Source: TPA_inf: Saccharomyces (Eukaryota). From it: a stretch of DNA of 64,000 nt. Shown piece by piece: positions 23,215 through 35,231 of this stretch. The notes beneath the pieces are model-generated. The model did no database searches and had not been told where the DNA came from. It worked only from the letters and a program-made list of their open reading frames with translations. The stretch is from positions 352,001 to 416,000 of the forward strand of contig BK006939.2 in the NCBI GenBank assembly GCA_000146045.2. The letters are read 5' to 3'. Both the position numbers and the translations under genes were made by a program. The stretch's first letter is position 1; the number at the start of each line of letters is the position of its first letter.

Positions 23215-25614
23215 TCAGCCTTCCCAATTAATAAAATTGAAATCATTTTCATTTGTATCCAGTAAATTGAGATCGTAATCCGGTCCTTGGTCTTCAACCA
23301 TACCAATATTCCCAAACTTCAAGTTCTGAGAGTGTACATTCTGATTTTCATTAGTACTGGTTTGCTGAGGACCCAAAGTTGTACCCACATTGGATGAGGG
23401 CTGAATTAATGTGTTATCATTATCGCCACTATTTGTAGATGCAGAGGTTTCATCAGCAACATTTGAATTCTCGTTTGGTGTTCTATTGTTAGAAGCATAA
23501 GCTTGATTAGGAAACAACAAAGAACTTGAATTTTTGAGGGCGTCAAAATCATATCCTTGATTATTACTACTCGGCTTTTTTTCCTCTGGAGTAGATAATG
23601 TGTTACGATTGCCTTTACTACTTCTTGAATCATTGCCTACTTGCGCCTCCAGTATGTTTCCCCCATTCGGCAATTCTTGGGATACTGTATTATTCTGTGA
23701 AGTGATTATTTTAGAGTTCTTTAAAGTAATATTCAAATTGGTGGTTGAAAACCCATGTGGCGGCTTTATAACCACGTTTCCTGGTACCTTAGAACTTCTT
23801 TGCTTCTGAGCGTCACCAGACCGAGGTGTTGCTATGCTTAATGGGGATGATGCCGAAACTTTTGAGTTTACTGCTCGCTTGGGTCCATTCTTTCCGGCAA
23901 TCTTGCCACTTTCTGGATCGAAGCAACTCTCTGTCACTGAAGATAATGGACTGGATACAGCCGGCTTGTTGAAACTTCCCAAATTTATACCTGGAAAAGG
24001 GAGAGAATTCGCAGTTTTAGTGGGCGGAGCGGAATGAATATTCGGAGCAATAGTATTCGAGAATGTTCTTAACATATTATTCTCATCCTTAGTGGCATCA
24101 GCATTCAGAATAACAGAAGGAGTGGATTTCCTCCTCGACACTCTAGTGTTAGGGGGACTGCGCTTTTTACCTGTCACCACGCTGTTGCCACCGAGTTTAT
24201 TCGTAGACTCTACTGGAAAAGCTGAGGTGGATGCCTTTTTTGTATTTTTCCTTACCTTTGTGGGCTGTTTAGAAGCTAAAGCGGAAGGTGATGCTCCATC
24301 CAACGATGGGCTAGATTTGGAATTAGAATAAATATCTTCCTCGCCAAATATTATTGCTTGATTGCGGAAGTTAGTAGCAATATCTGATCTTGGAGTCTTA
24401 TTTACTCTTGAACCTACCATAGCGGGTTCACTTGTTGTTGAGCCTGGTGTGGTAATATTTGGCGAACAAGCGTTCGTCGATCCCGCGGAAACTGTAGCGG
24501 TATTATTTTTTCTTCGTCTCTTAGCCACTAGACCGGCTTTAACTTTACCCTTCGCTTTTGAGGTTGCAGATCTACTTCTTGTAGATTTTGACGTCGGGAC
24601 ATTATTTGGTTTATCTGTTGAATGCATAGTTTTTAAACTTTTAGGTTGGTTCACTGGAGATTTGTTATTAGTTGTATTATTTGTGGTATTATTGTTACAC
24701 GGGTTTCCCACTGGATTTTCCGTAGTGGGTTGCATTGGATAATTATAGACTGGCCAGCCAGTAACGTTTTGACTCCGATTCTGGGTTGGCCCTACATTTG
24801 TAAAATCGCCGGAAGGCGGCGCTGTGGGAGCAACAGCAGTTGCACCAGTCGTGGGGTTTGCATTATTGTATGGTGGAATGGAAAAATTATTAACGATAGG
24901 GTTACCAACCATAGGAATTGGTATAGGGTTCATATTAACATTGCGCATTTGAACCGCAGGTGCCATAGGATTTCCTAGCATCATAGCAGCCAAGTGCATG
25001 GGGTCTATGTCCTCGTTACTATATTCCCCTCTTCGTTCTGCATCGTGTTGTAGCCTTGCCGCATGAACAGCCAAGCTTCTATATATTTGTTCCTGCCTTT
25101 GTTCTTGAAGAACTAGTTGATAATATTGCTGAGCGAACTCTGAGCCACCTCTGGAAGAACTGGTATTAAAGATGTCCCAGAATATTTGCTACCATTCATA
25201 CAAAAAGCCTTGAGGTGTATCTACTACCTTCGAGAACGTATTCTGGTTACCATTGTTTTCTTTAGATTTGGGTCCGTCGACTGGGTTTTGGCCTTTGTCT
25301 CTATCTAGGTGCGCATCTTGAGCAAAGGCTGCTGCAGTGTTTTTCAAAGACGACTTCGTAAGAAAGTCAAATATGTACTCATTGAGCGTATTCTTGCAGT
25401 TCATTTTTTCCTTCAAATCCGAATTTTCCGCCGTAGGTTGATTTATCCACTGCTGTTGCTGCTGTTGCTGCTGCTGCTGTTGTTGTCGCTGCTGTTCACT
25501 ATTCGTTGCCATTGCAATATTACTCTGCAAATCTTGTTTATACTGGCTTGCCATGTACGGTTGTTCCGTGGGAGGAATTGAATCTGGATACGAACTATTC
25601 ACTTTATAACTCAT
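23215..25614 (-). pseudogene. FLO8: FLO8 (LisH-domain transcription factor for flocculation and filamentous growth) interrupted by an in-frame amber codon at 25189-25191 (the flo8-1 allele). The intact frame would encode 799 aa.
   Basis: The 141-aa ORF (25192-25614, ending …GFLYEW) and the 619-aa ORF (23215-25074) are in the same frame and separated only by TAG at 25189-25191. Together they give 800 codons = 799 aa + stop. An N-terminal LisH-like region and poly-Q tract are present. Confidence 0.88.
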
Positions 25615-26761
25615 TCTACCACGGAATGCGTTTCCTCTTTATTTATGTCTATAAACGTCTTCGTGTTTATTTTTTATAGCCTCAGTGACTTACTAACGTC
25701 AACTCACCGTGTCTTCGGCAAACAAAATGGTATCAAAGCAAATGCGCTTGAACAGGAGTAAAAAATGGTCACTTTTTCAATCTGTATTCTATGAATTTTA
25801 TCAGTACCGGTCTCAAACCAACCCTCTACAACTTCATCGTGATCCCATTCTTTCTTCGTTGTCTTCCCACGCTCTTCCGGACCCTCGTAAAAGAGTCCGA
25901 AGCCGAGAAGGCGCGATTTCATGCACTATACACTCGTTGGCAAACACAACAATGGACCCTGGCCAGTTGAACTGTGGTCCCTGTTGCGTCCACTATTGAT
26001 ATGCATGCATGTGGACGCAAGCACACGCCTGCATAAACGTTTAATTCCTCAGTATCCCACTCCCAGGGCTACTTATTCGAGGCATTTTCTATTTTTGTTA
26101 CTACTAGAGCCAGCATTAGAACTGGAAATACAGCAAAAAATTTTTCACATTCTTATCACAAGAATGTGCAGGAGAAGGTAAAACCTGCAGGTAACTTGCA
26201 TATATTTCAGTAAATTACATGTACTATACATCGTCAAATAATTTACATTTGTACAAGACCAATATCCGGGGCCCGCTAATTAGTAACGTGCCGTGATTCT
26301 TTCATTAGAACAAGTACAAGATGACCTGAACTTGCGCGTATTCATATGGAAAATACGCAAGGCCCGGTTATTTCCGTTCTGGGATATTCGCCGAAAGCTG
26401 CCTTCTGTTCGAATTGCGTCGTCAACATCCTTTTGAGCTTTCTTTAAGTTCTTTCCTTCGAGATGGACGATGCCAAGAGAATCATCGCTGAGTTGATCGG
26501 CGGCGTGTAGATGCGCCGATCAACTTTACAGGACGAAACTCACATAACCTTAATACAATAAAAAAGTATTGCATACAATAGGTCCCTCAGGACACATACA
26601 TACAAGATTGGCAAAAGTGAAGGCAGGTGCCTAAGATTGGGTGGGAAAGTAAATTTACATATAGTTTTTTCTAGGAAAAAAATAAAAATAATGAAGGAAG
26701 GTATACTTATATAAGCGCTGTTTATCGAAACAGACGAGAATAAAAAATGGTTTTAAAAAAA

Positions 26762-29700
26762 TCAAGCAATGACGGCAGCTAAAACCGGATTTTGAGCAAC
26801 AATTCCGTTGTAAGTAGTGTTTAGATACTTCAATAATTCAATAACCTTATGCTTCATCTCTTCGGTTTGGAATTGCTTTAATCTTTCCATATTCTCTTCC
26901 CTACCTAGAGTAGACTCCTTTTCTAACTTAATTCTATCATTTTCTTTGGTAAACACAGCACTGAAAATCTCGATGATCCTTGGGGTTTCGTTTGTGATAA
27001 CGGGACTATTTTCCTGGTATAGTTTCATGATCAATTCGAAAATTGGATTGTATTCTTCAAAACCGGTGTTTAGTGGTAAATGTGCCAATAATGCTGGAAC
27101 AGTTTGTTCCAATGGAACTAGAGCACTGTTCTTCAAAGCCATTCTGGCCACACATCCACTAGCATTAGCGTATGCTCTATCAATAATCTCTCTGGTGGCT
27201 TCGTCATCTTCGGCTGCTAAGGCCTTTTGGTCAGCAGCACTTAGTAACTCATAAAGCGCCTTCAAAACAGGTTCATAAACGGCTGAGATGTCCATAGAAG
27301 CATATTCACACAACAAACCAACACCATAAGCCGCGTTACCTCTAACTTCTAAAGATTTATCGCTTGTTAATCTAATGACTAAGGCTTCTAGCATTTCATG
27401 AACGAAAGGATTTTGTTCTTTCATACCTAGAGCTAATTCAGAGGCGGCACCGACGGCGGATGATCTCTTATTCTTGGATTTAGATTGGAATAATCCGAAA
27501 ACAACCGGTCTGAAGTTGTCAAAGACTTTGGCAAAATCACCAGCTAAAGCTTGAGATAAACTGACAAGAACTTCCAATGCAACATCTTGTAAAGTTGCTT
27601 CGGTTTCAGAAGCGTCTAATTCTTCATCTCTTGGAACGTCCTCCTCGATATCAATGGTTTGACAAGTATGGGTACCCTTCAAGACACTAAGAACTTGCAT
27701 GCACAAAGCTTCTAGCATAGAAGAGTCGCCGTTGTCCATGATGATGATTGCGCCAAATTGCTTAATCATATTGGCAAAATCTTCCATAACGGTAATGACC
27801 ATTGAGGTTTCGAATTCATCGCTTAAGTTACCCATGGAAGTTTCCCTGGCAGCTTGAATAACCGCCAAAACATCAGCATTAACGTAGGAAGAGGCTGGGA
27901 TACCCTTAGGATAGCTTTCTGGTTCTACTTTGGAAGCCAACAGGACAGACTTAACAACATTCCAGATGGTGTTTAGAGCGGTTTCTCTTAAACCGTACGA
28001 CTCATCGACTTGTTCATTCAAAACCTTTAAGGATTGTTCGACGTATGGCAAGAAATGCTCCTTCGTACCCAATGCTAATTCGGATAGAGCTGCAGAAGCA
28101 ACTTCCTTTTCATAGGAAATACCAGTGTTAACGGTGAATTTGTTCTGTAGTTCTTCTTCATTGGCAGAATCAGCAAATGCGGCTAAATCCTCTGCATCAC
28201 CATCGAAGTTGAATTGGTATTCATCTAATTCTAGTGTCTTGAAGATTTCTGGTAGGATAGTTTTCAAGAAAGGAGCAAAATTTTCGCCGTAAACTTTAGC
28301 CAAGTTTGCAATGAATGCATAACCAGATTCTCTTAATCTAGCAGAATCAGTTTTGATGGCCTCATAGGCGGAGTTAACCAAAGGTTCGGCAAATTCGGCA
28401 AATGCGTCTGATCTGACGGCTCTGGCCATAGTAGAAATATTTTCAAAAGTGTTGGCCCTTAGTTCTATATCATCTTCGCTCATACCTTCAATTTGAGAAC
28501 AGTTTTGGATGAATTTTTCCAAATAGTGAACACTAGTCTTGAAATATGGAATGAACGCGGAACCTGCTGCAAAAGCAGCGGAACCAATTGCAGAAACAAC
28601 AGCACATCTCAACTTGGATGATTCATTACTTTCCAACATATAGAATAGTTTGTTCATTAATGGATCCAAGTACTTAGCGATAGCATCATAAGCAATGAAC
28701 TCAAGCAGACCATCTAAAGCAACAGTTGCATAGTTGTAAATGACAATGTTTTTCGCAGAATCAATGATATCGATGATCAATGGCAAGTATTCTTCATGAA
28801 ATTTGGCAACTTCGTCTTGTAAGTCAGTGGTTAATTGGTGAATACACTTCAGAGCAGCTAATTTAACAATCGGTTCAGTATCCTTCAAACCGTTTATGGT
28901 GGCAGGGATAATTTTGTCGAATTGAGACAAAATGTAGTCTGGAGAACCAGTAACAGCAACGGAAATAGCTAAAAGAATAGCTCTTCTCTCAAAAACGTTT
29001 GCGGATTGCAACATAGCTGGAATGTGTTCAACAATAACGGAAGCAACCTGGGATGGTGGCAGTTCAGAGGAAGCGAAAGCTAACAGTCTAATAGCAGAAG
29101 AAGAGGGTGTATTTTCCTCATTTTCGCCTGTTTCGTCTTCGTTGTTTAATTCATCGTCAACATCGATCTCTTCACAAGCCACCTTCAAAGCTGCAACAGT
29201 AATTTCTGGGCCCAATTTGCTTTGAGAAACCTTCGATTTTCTGTAGGACAATGAAGATATGATGAATTGAAGAGCAAAAACTCGAACATCTTCGTCAATC
29301 TCACTGTTAACAGCAATTTGTAAAGACAGCTTAATCAAATCCACAATAAAGTTTCCTGTTAATTGGGAGTCCAATAGCAGGAAATCGTTTAAACAGTTAA
29401 AGATTAATTTAGCGTTCATGGTGTCGTCGGCCTTGATAACTGCGTCTAAAACGTTAACCACAGATGGAATTGAGGCGGCGAATTTTTGAGCTTGAACAGG
29501 GTTGATGGTTTCTTGTTCTTCAATCAAAGCAGAAACGTGGTTCAAAGCCTGGGCAGATAATGATCTGATCTCCAAAGAAGATGGATCATTAATTGTCTGA
29601 GAGAACAAAGCCAAAAAGTCATCGATGTGGCCAGATAGAGAAGAGGTGAAATCTTCCAACAGAGAAAACAAAATAAAAATGGCAGTTTGTCTTGTTTGAA

Positions 29701-30103
29701 CGTCTTCACCAGAAGCAGTTTGGATTAGGTTAGGGACTAAATCTGGCCATTTGTTACCATCTAGCTCTTCAGTACCAATAGAAGCAATTACTCGAGCGTT
29801 GGAATGACGAACATTTTCTTTTGGCTCACTAAATGCTGTTTGTAAAAGAGATGTTTTGATGGAGGCTCTAGTGGATTCATCAATGGCGTTCCAGTGCTTG
29901 GAAACCAACTTTCTAGCTTCAACACCAGCTAGTTGTTTCAACGAATCATCGGAGCCGTTCTGCAAAATATGAATCAAAGCTGGCAAAGTTGTAGGCTGGG
30001 TATAAAATTGAGTTTGCAAAGTTTTTGTAGCCTCCTTCAAGCCTACACCAGAAGTGATAGCGTGCAAAGTTTGCTCAAGTTGACTTAGAAATTGTTGATC
30101 CAT
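26762..30103 (-). CDS. KAP123: Importin-beta family karyopherin (HEAT/ARM repeats), 1113 aa
   Basis: ATG at 30103; HEAT-repeat protein whose length matches YER110C. Confidence 0.88.
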
Positions 30104-30298
30104 TATACTACTTGATACTAAAAAAGTGTTTTTCGTCCCTCAGTTTTTATGCTGCTAAGGCAGGATTTTGGTAATATACAGAAACGAGAAGAAGGATCCT
30201 TGCGGGGTCTTGCCTATTCTTTTTTGTTGACTAATAAAATCAATACCAAACCTGACAACAAATAAAATGAAGGATCTATGGATAAGTGGATGTTTCTA

Positions 30299-30323
30299 TT
30301 TTTTTTTTTTTTTTTTTTTTTTT
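30299..30323 (+). repeat. Poly(dT) tract of 25 bp in the KAP123 promoter; a poly(dA)18 lies at 30524-30541
   Basis: Homopolymer runs read directly from the sequence. Confidence 0.9.
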
Positions 30324-30332
30324 CGACCTCAT

Positions 30333-30340
30333 CTCATCGC
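30333..30340 (-). promoter_or_regulatory. PAC motif (GCGATGAG; read here as CTCATCGC) about 230 bp upstream of the KAP123 ATG
   Basis: An exact 8-mer sits immediately downstream of the poly(dT) tract. Confidence 0.55.
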
Positions 30341-30594
30341 GCTTTCCATTCATCATATTGTACGAAAACAAAGCACAATCGTAATAAAAGACATCCTGAT
30401 AATTAGCAAAGGGCTAACCATAATAGTCTAAGTTTAGTAGTTCAAATGTTTGTTGACATGCACTTGAAGCAACTCAAGCGCAATGAGAAAAGTGACTATA
30501 CAAATATGTAAAAAATTGCTACCAAAAAAAAAAAAAAAAAATTTAAAAACTCTGATAATATAGTAAAAATTATTGGTACATTGTGAATTAAAAT

Positions 30595-33500
30595 TTATGC
30601 GTTTGCCCTCAAATCCTTTTCTATATCGTCCAATTTTGAGTCAATGTTCTCAATTGTGATACCAATCAAGTTTCTGTATTTATCTAACTTCACCGATGAA
30701 TTAATTTTGCTTTTAGCTTCGCTTATTTTCAATGTTGTCATCCTTCTTTTAAACTGTAGAATAGTTAGTTCCGTTGCTAGTCTCAACGTCTCATTTACAT
30801 CATATGATTCTTGTACAGTATTAGAAAATTTGGCGTCCGCTTTGGTGTTTTTAGGAGAAGAAGTTTCCGACGTTGACTTTGGAATTGGCTCTTCATCTTC
30901 CTGTTTTTCTGGATGTGAACTTGAGTTAGTATTCATATCAACCTTTGATTCCTCATCCTGGACAATTGTAGCCAGTTTTAAAGCTTGAGATTTTTCCAAG
31001 CTTTGAATAAAATTTTGCTTTTCAGAATTCAACTTTGACGATGTTTCTTTAATCCTTGATTGTAAATCTGATATCGAATTTATGGGAGTTTTGTTTGATA
31101 CGGAATCGAAAGCATCCTCTATTTGATGTGCTATTGTAATCAATCTCTTCTTATTGTTAGAAATAGAGGATTCGGTTTCTACTACTTCGTTGTCCAGATT
31201 TTTAATTTCTTCACCCATTATTCTTTGTAGAGAAGAAACTTTTGTATTTAATTTGTTGATCTGCTGCGAAAGCGGTTTTGAGTACTTTCCTAGTGGAGAC
31301 ATCTGTATCGGCAGAAGGGAAGAAGGCGATTCCAATGATGGCATGGCAGTTTTCACACTATTCAAGGGATCCTTTTTCTTTTCAACTTGATTCTCATTAT
31401 CCTTTGCCTTTTCTTTTTCATCTGATATTGACTGTGATCTTCTTCTGTATAAAATGGGAGAGTTTTCAAGAATTTTGGACGGCGTAGACTTTATATCTTT
31501 AATGACAGACGACGTCACGAAAGAATTAATATTCGACAAGTCTTCCATAATAGTGTTCATATTTGTAGAATTTGGCTGGTTGGAATGCAGGTATTGACTT
31601 TCGTTGACTTCAGAATCTGTTTTAGCTATATTGACATCTGCAGTAGAATCTTCTTTATCAGGATGTTGAGTTTTTATAATTTTTGGAATTTTGACATTGT
31701 TTTGTGGTTGCTGTTGCTGTTGCTGTTGTTGGTAATAATTCTTTTGAGGAAGGTTTCGAGCTAACTTTCGATCTGCCTTGGTGTTGTTGTTTCTGCTGTT
31801 TGACCCGCCAGCCGGAGTATTAAACTTATTCATTATTGACGCAGGCGATTCGTTATCTAGATTCAATATATCTGTTGACGCACCAAGATATACCAGTCTG
31901 TTGTAAACCTCGAAGTTCAAGTTTAAAGCAGATAAATGCAGTGGAGTGTTCCCTATATTATCTTGGTAGTTCAAACATATCTTCAACAAATTGTAGTCCT
32001 GCTGACCCAAGCTCAATATTATCGAATCCATATAAGATTTTATTATCATTGGATTTTTGGACTTATTAACGCTCAATTCAATTAAATAATGAAATGGCAA
32101 TCTTCCATTTACGTCGGGAGTTATAAGACATATTTTTAAGATGGATATTATTTCATCGAAAGCATTCTCCTTGTAGCAATTGTTGTAGAAAATTGATTTT
32201 GTGATGCAATTAAAACCGAGCTTATTACACTGTAATGCATTAGCATTTAAGGTAATTAGCATTTTTATCAAAGGAATATTCGCCATAGCTGTAGCCCAAT
32301 GGAGTGGAGTGTGACCTTGATCATCAATTTCAAAATTTATGTTAAAATTTTTGGGCGCCGGATATAAAGTAGCCAACAACGCTTGATCTACATCAGAAGA
32401 CCTTTCCGATGATAGTATTGTTAATATCGTCTGCTTGTATTCTTGATCTGTCATTTTGTTTTCCAACTTGTTTTGAGATGAAGTATTTCCTGCGCTGAAC
32501 GGTGTCATAGATCGTGAAGACATATTCATACTGTTATCATTTTCATTTGATGAAAATACTTCAATGGAGGAGCCATTGGATGCTACAGTGTTGTTGTTAT
32601 TGTTGCTGCCGTTACTGTCACAGTACTCATTATGGTGATCATTTGGATTTTGAAAGGATTGCCATAATAAGGGTTGCTTCATTAATTTGAAATGCCTTTG
32701 TATTTTTTCTTGCTGGTTGTAAAATTGTTGTTCATTAGATTGATTCAGCTTTTTCCTCCTTTTTTTACTATTGCCATTTGTAATGGAGTCCATCATGGAA
32801 TGATTGAAGTTATTCGTCAAATATTCATGATGATGTTGTTGTTGTTGTTGGCTTTGCATAGGTCCGTCTGGAACTATGATCAAGTTATTATTATTGCCAT
32901 TATTATTGTTATTACTGCTGTTAATGACATTGTCGATGTTATGGCTGTAACTATTACTGTCATTATTATTAGGGTTATTCAGAGCAACGTTCTTGTTTTG
33001 TAAATTTGTCGGAATTGGAAAAAATTGAAGAGGTTTCTGAGTTGCCGAATAATTATTATTGAAAGAGTTTTCATGAATGGATTTTTGTTGTTGAATAATA
33101 GTAGATTGATTGCTGTTGTTACTAATATTATTTATTAAATTGTGTCTTGTGTCATTGTTGAAATTCATCGTGGTGTGGTTATCATTATTGTTCATTATAT
33201 TCATTGATGAATTTACTTGGAACTGTTGAGGAGTTTGGAAAACAAGGTTTTGTAAAGGACTTGGATTCGGCTGGTTGATCGATGCATTTTTCTTGCCTTT
33301 CTTATTCGCAGCTGTAGTTGTAGCCGATGTTGATGAACTACTGTTCTTTTTTCTTGGTGTTTTATTGTAGCTCGATGGAGAAGTTATCTTCGTTCCCGGC
33401 GAAGTCTTCCTCAATATACTATTTTTGCTTCTCTTTGGTGGAGGGTTATTTGGATCGAATTGAAAAGTTAAGATGGAGTTGACCACAGGGTCAATTATTT

Positions 33501-33876
33501 CGTACTTATTGACTAAAAACTTCGCTGAATCCAGTGGGATCCAAGTACCTTGAAACCTACCATACCCACCTTGAACTTTTTCATGTTGCATATCATTTGA
33601 TTCCTTTTCCAGTATTTTAGTTCTTTTCGTCTTCGAAAATTGAGCTATTTTGAAAACCTGGGTAATATTAATCCAATCATCTTTAGTTCTTCTCATCACT
33701 ATTTTAGTTTCAAACCCACGTATATAGCATTCGTATACATCGGTTTCTGAATACGTAGCTATTTCAATCACTGGATGGTTTGAATGAGGCGCCAAAAGAA
33801 CTGATTTTGATATTGGCGTGATGTTCTGGTGATTGGTATTATCTTTTTGGTTTGATATCAAAACATCAAATGGCAT
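30595..33876 (-). CDS. SWI4: SBF DNA-binding subunit: APSES/KilA-N DNA-binding domain, ankyrin repeats and an Asn/Gln-rich centre, 1093 aa
   Basis: The N-terminal domain (…IYECYIRGFETKIVMRRTKDDWINITQVFK…) is APSES. Ankyrin repeats are present (GHTPLHWATAMANIPLIKMLI…). 1093 aa matches YER111C. Confidence 0.9.
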   Translation of the reverse strand: MPFDVLISNQKDNTNHQNITPISKSVLLAPHSNHPVIEIATYSETDVYECYIRGFETKIVMRRTKDDWINITQVFKIAQFSKTKRTKILEKESNDMQHEKVQGGYGRFQGTWIPLDSAKFLVNKYEIIDPVVNSILTFQFDPNNPPPKRSKNSILRKTSPGTKITSPSSYNKTPRKKNSSSSTSATTTAANKKGKKNASINQPNPSPLQNLVFQTPQQFQVNSSMNIMNNNDNHTTMNFNNDTRHNLINNISNNSNQSTIIQQQKSIHENSFNNNYSATQKPLQFFPIPTNLQNKNVALNNPNNNDSNSYSHNIDNVINSSNNNNNGNNNNLIIVPDGPMQSQQQQQHHHEYLTNNFNHSMMDSITNGNSKKRRKKLNQSNEQQFYNQQEKIQRHFKLMKQPLLWQSFQNPNDHHNEYCDSNGSNNNNNTVASNGSSIEVFSSNENDNSMNMSSRSMTPFSAGNTSSQNKLENKMTDQEYKQTILTILSSERSSDVDQALLATLYPAPKNFNINFEIDDQGHTPLHWATAMANIPLIKMLITLNANALQCNKLGFNCITKSIFYNNCYKENAFDEIISILKICLITPDVNGRLPFHYLIELSVNKSKNPMIIKSYMDSIILSLGQQDYNLLKICLNYQDNIGNTPLHLSALNLNFEVYNRLVYLGASTDILNLDNESPASIMNKFNTPAGGSNSRNNNTKADRKLARNLPQKNYYQQQQQQQQPQNNVKIPKIIKTQHPDKEDSTADVNIAKTDSEVNESQYLHSNQPNSTNMNTIMEDLSNINSFVTSSVIKDIKSTPSKILENSPILYRRRSQSISDEKEKAKDNENQVEKKKDPLNSVKTAMPSLESPSSLLPIQMSPLGKYSKPLSQQINKLNTKVSSLQRIMGEEIKNLDNEVVETESSISNNKKRLITIAHQIEDAFDSVSNKTPINSISDLQSRIKETSSKLNSEKQNFIQSLEKSQALKLATIVQDEESKVDMNTNSSSHPEKQEDEEPIPKSTSETSSPKNTKADAKFSNTVQESYDVNETLRLATELTILQFKRRMTTLKISEAKSKINSSVKLDKYRNLIGITIENIDSKLDDIEKDLRANA

Positions 33877-34362
33877 GATTTCTCGAATAAATCAACCTTT
33901 TAGAACTACGCAAGAGGGACAGAAGGGAAATGAGAAAGAAAGAAGAGTTAATTTTCGGCAAAGAGCAATTATTGTTGACAATATATCAAATAACGTGAAA
34001 TAATGTACCTTTTTTTCAAAGGGTAAGTGGAGGAAGAATCGTTTGAAAAAGCGACGACCAATGCTAGATGTGATTCTGCTGTAACAACAATTAATAGTAA
34101 AAATAACACAATACACTAAAGAGTTTCTTTTTTTATTATCTCGAAAAAAAAAAAAGCTTCCAGTTGAATTTAGCAGCAAATATTAGTCAATTAGTTGATA
34201 TGCTAAACCAATGCTAAAGGATGGCAATAACTATAATATCTTTTGTGCGTTTTTCACGTTGACGTGCTTCTTAGTCCTTGTTCCTCTTTTTTTTTTGTTA
34301 GGTTAACCATTTATTTCCTAAACGGGAAATAAGCAGGCGGGGAGCTGAATATAATTAACTTT

Positions 34363-34398
34363 CGCGTCATGGTTAGTGACGCGTCACTTCAAACGCGG
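34363..34398. promoter_or_regulatory. MCB (MluI cell-cycle box) cluster about 500 bp upstream of SWI4: perfect ACGCGT at 34379-34384, flanked by TCGCGT (34362-34367) and ACGCGG (34393-34398)
   Basis: TTCGCGTCATGGTTAGTGACGCGTCACTTCAAACGCGGG. SWI4 transcription is known to be MCB-driven. Confidence 0.7.
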
Positions 34399-35231
34399 GT
34401 AACAAAATCAAGTTGTTTTTAGCCGCCGAAGGTAATTGTATCCATAATGAAGGCTAGATTAAACCAATAATTTGTAGTGACAAAATTTATAGTCAGTAGC
34501 AGGTTCTCTTTAAATTGAGAGATTTCGACAGCCTTTTACTAGATGTCTAGTTTAGTAAAACTAATTTTCGTATGCTGCTAAACGACCTAAGATCCGCAGT
34601 CACCTATCGTTTAAAGTACGCAGTCACAATGCGGTTGAAATGTAATGTACTTATATTACCTCCTTCTTAAGTAACATTTCATTTTTTCCGCCACCGTACA
34701 CAGAGTAATTGCTTCGTTCGTTATCTACTTGTACTGAAGTCCCTCTAAACCTACTGCCTTTTATTTTTAGGCTCTAAAATAACCATGGACAACGTGAATT
34801 GGGTAGCATCTTTTTTTTAATAGATAGTTTATTATGTATAACAATAATTTAAAGATATTCATAGTGATAAGTAATTTTAAATGAGTTTAAAGTACTACTT
34901 TTCCTTTACCGCCAGTTTCCTGTACTATGAAAAAGGCAAATTCCGCATTGTAGCCGCCCACACGCATTTTGATCATCAATTACGAAATTTGCCGCACACG
35001 TGTCACGTGATAAGCACTCTTACTATCATGTTTTACGGAGTAGCAATGATGTTCAATTATTGCAGCTTTCTTTCGTGAAATCGTAGTATCATAGACCTTC
35101 CTAATGATGGAAGCGGTAAAGAAGGAAATCGTAAAAGTAAATTAACGAAGTAGTATTAGTAAAACAGAGTTGAAAAACTGATAAATCTTCAACTCGAACT
35201 GAAAAGAAACACAATAGAATATTTTTTCTCA

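Noticed and set aside
23406-24978. Multiple 60-170-aa ORFs antisense to or overlapping large genes, for example 23600-24978 inside FLO8, 39269-40101 and 41060-41785 inside BOI2, 26817-27254 inside KAP123, 49225-49804 across SCS2, 51286-51912 inside GLO3 and 55409-56563 inside DSE1.
   Set aside because: They lie entirely within well-supported genes on the opposite strand or another frame, have low-complexity composition mirroring the sense strand, and have no independent signals. They are typical six-frame noise.
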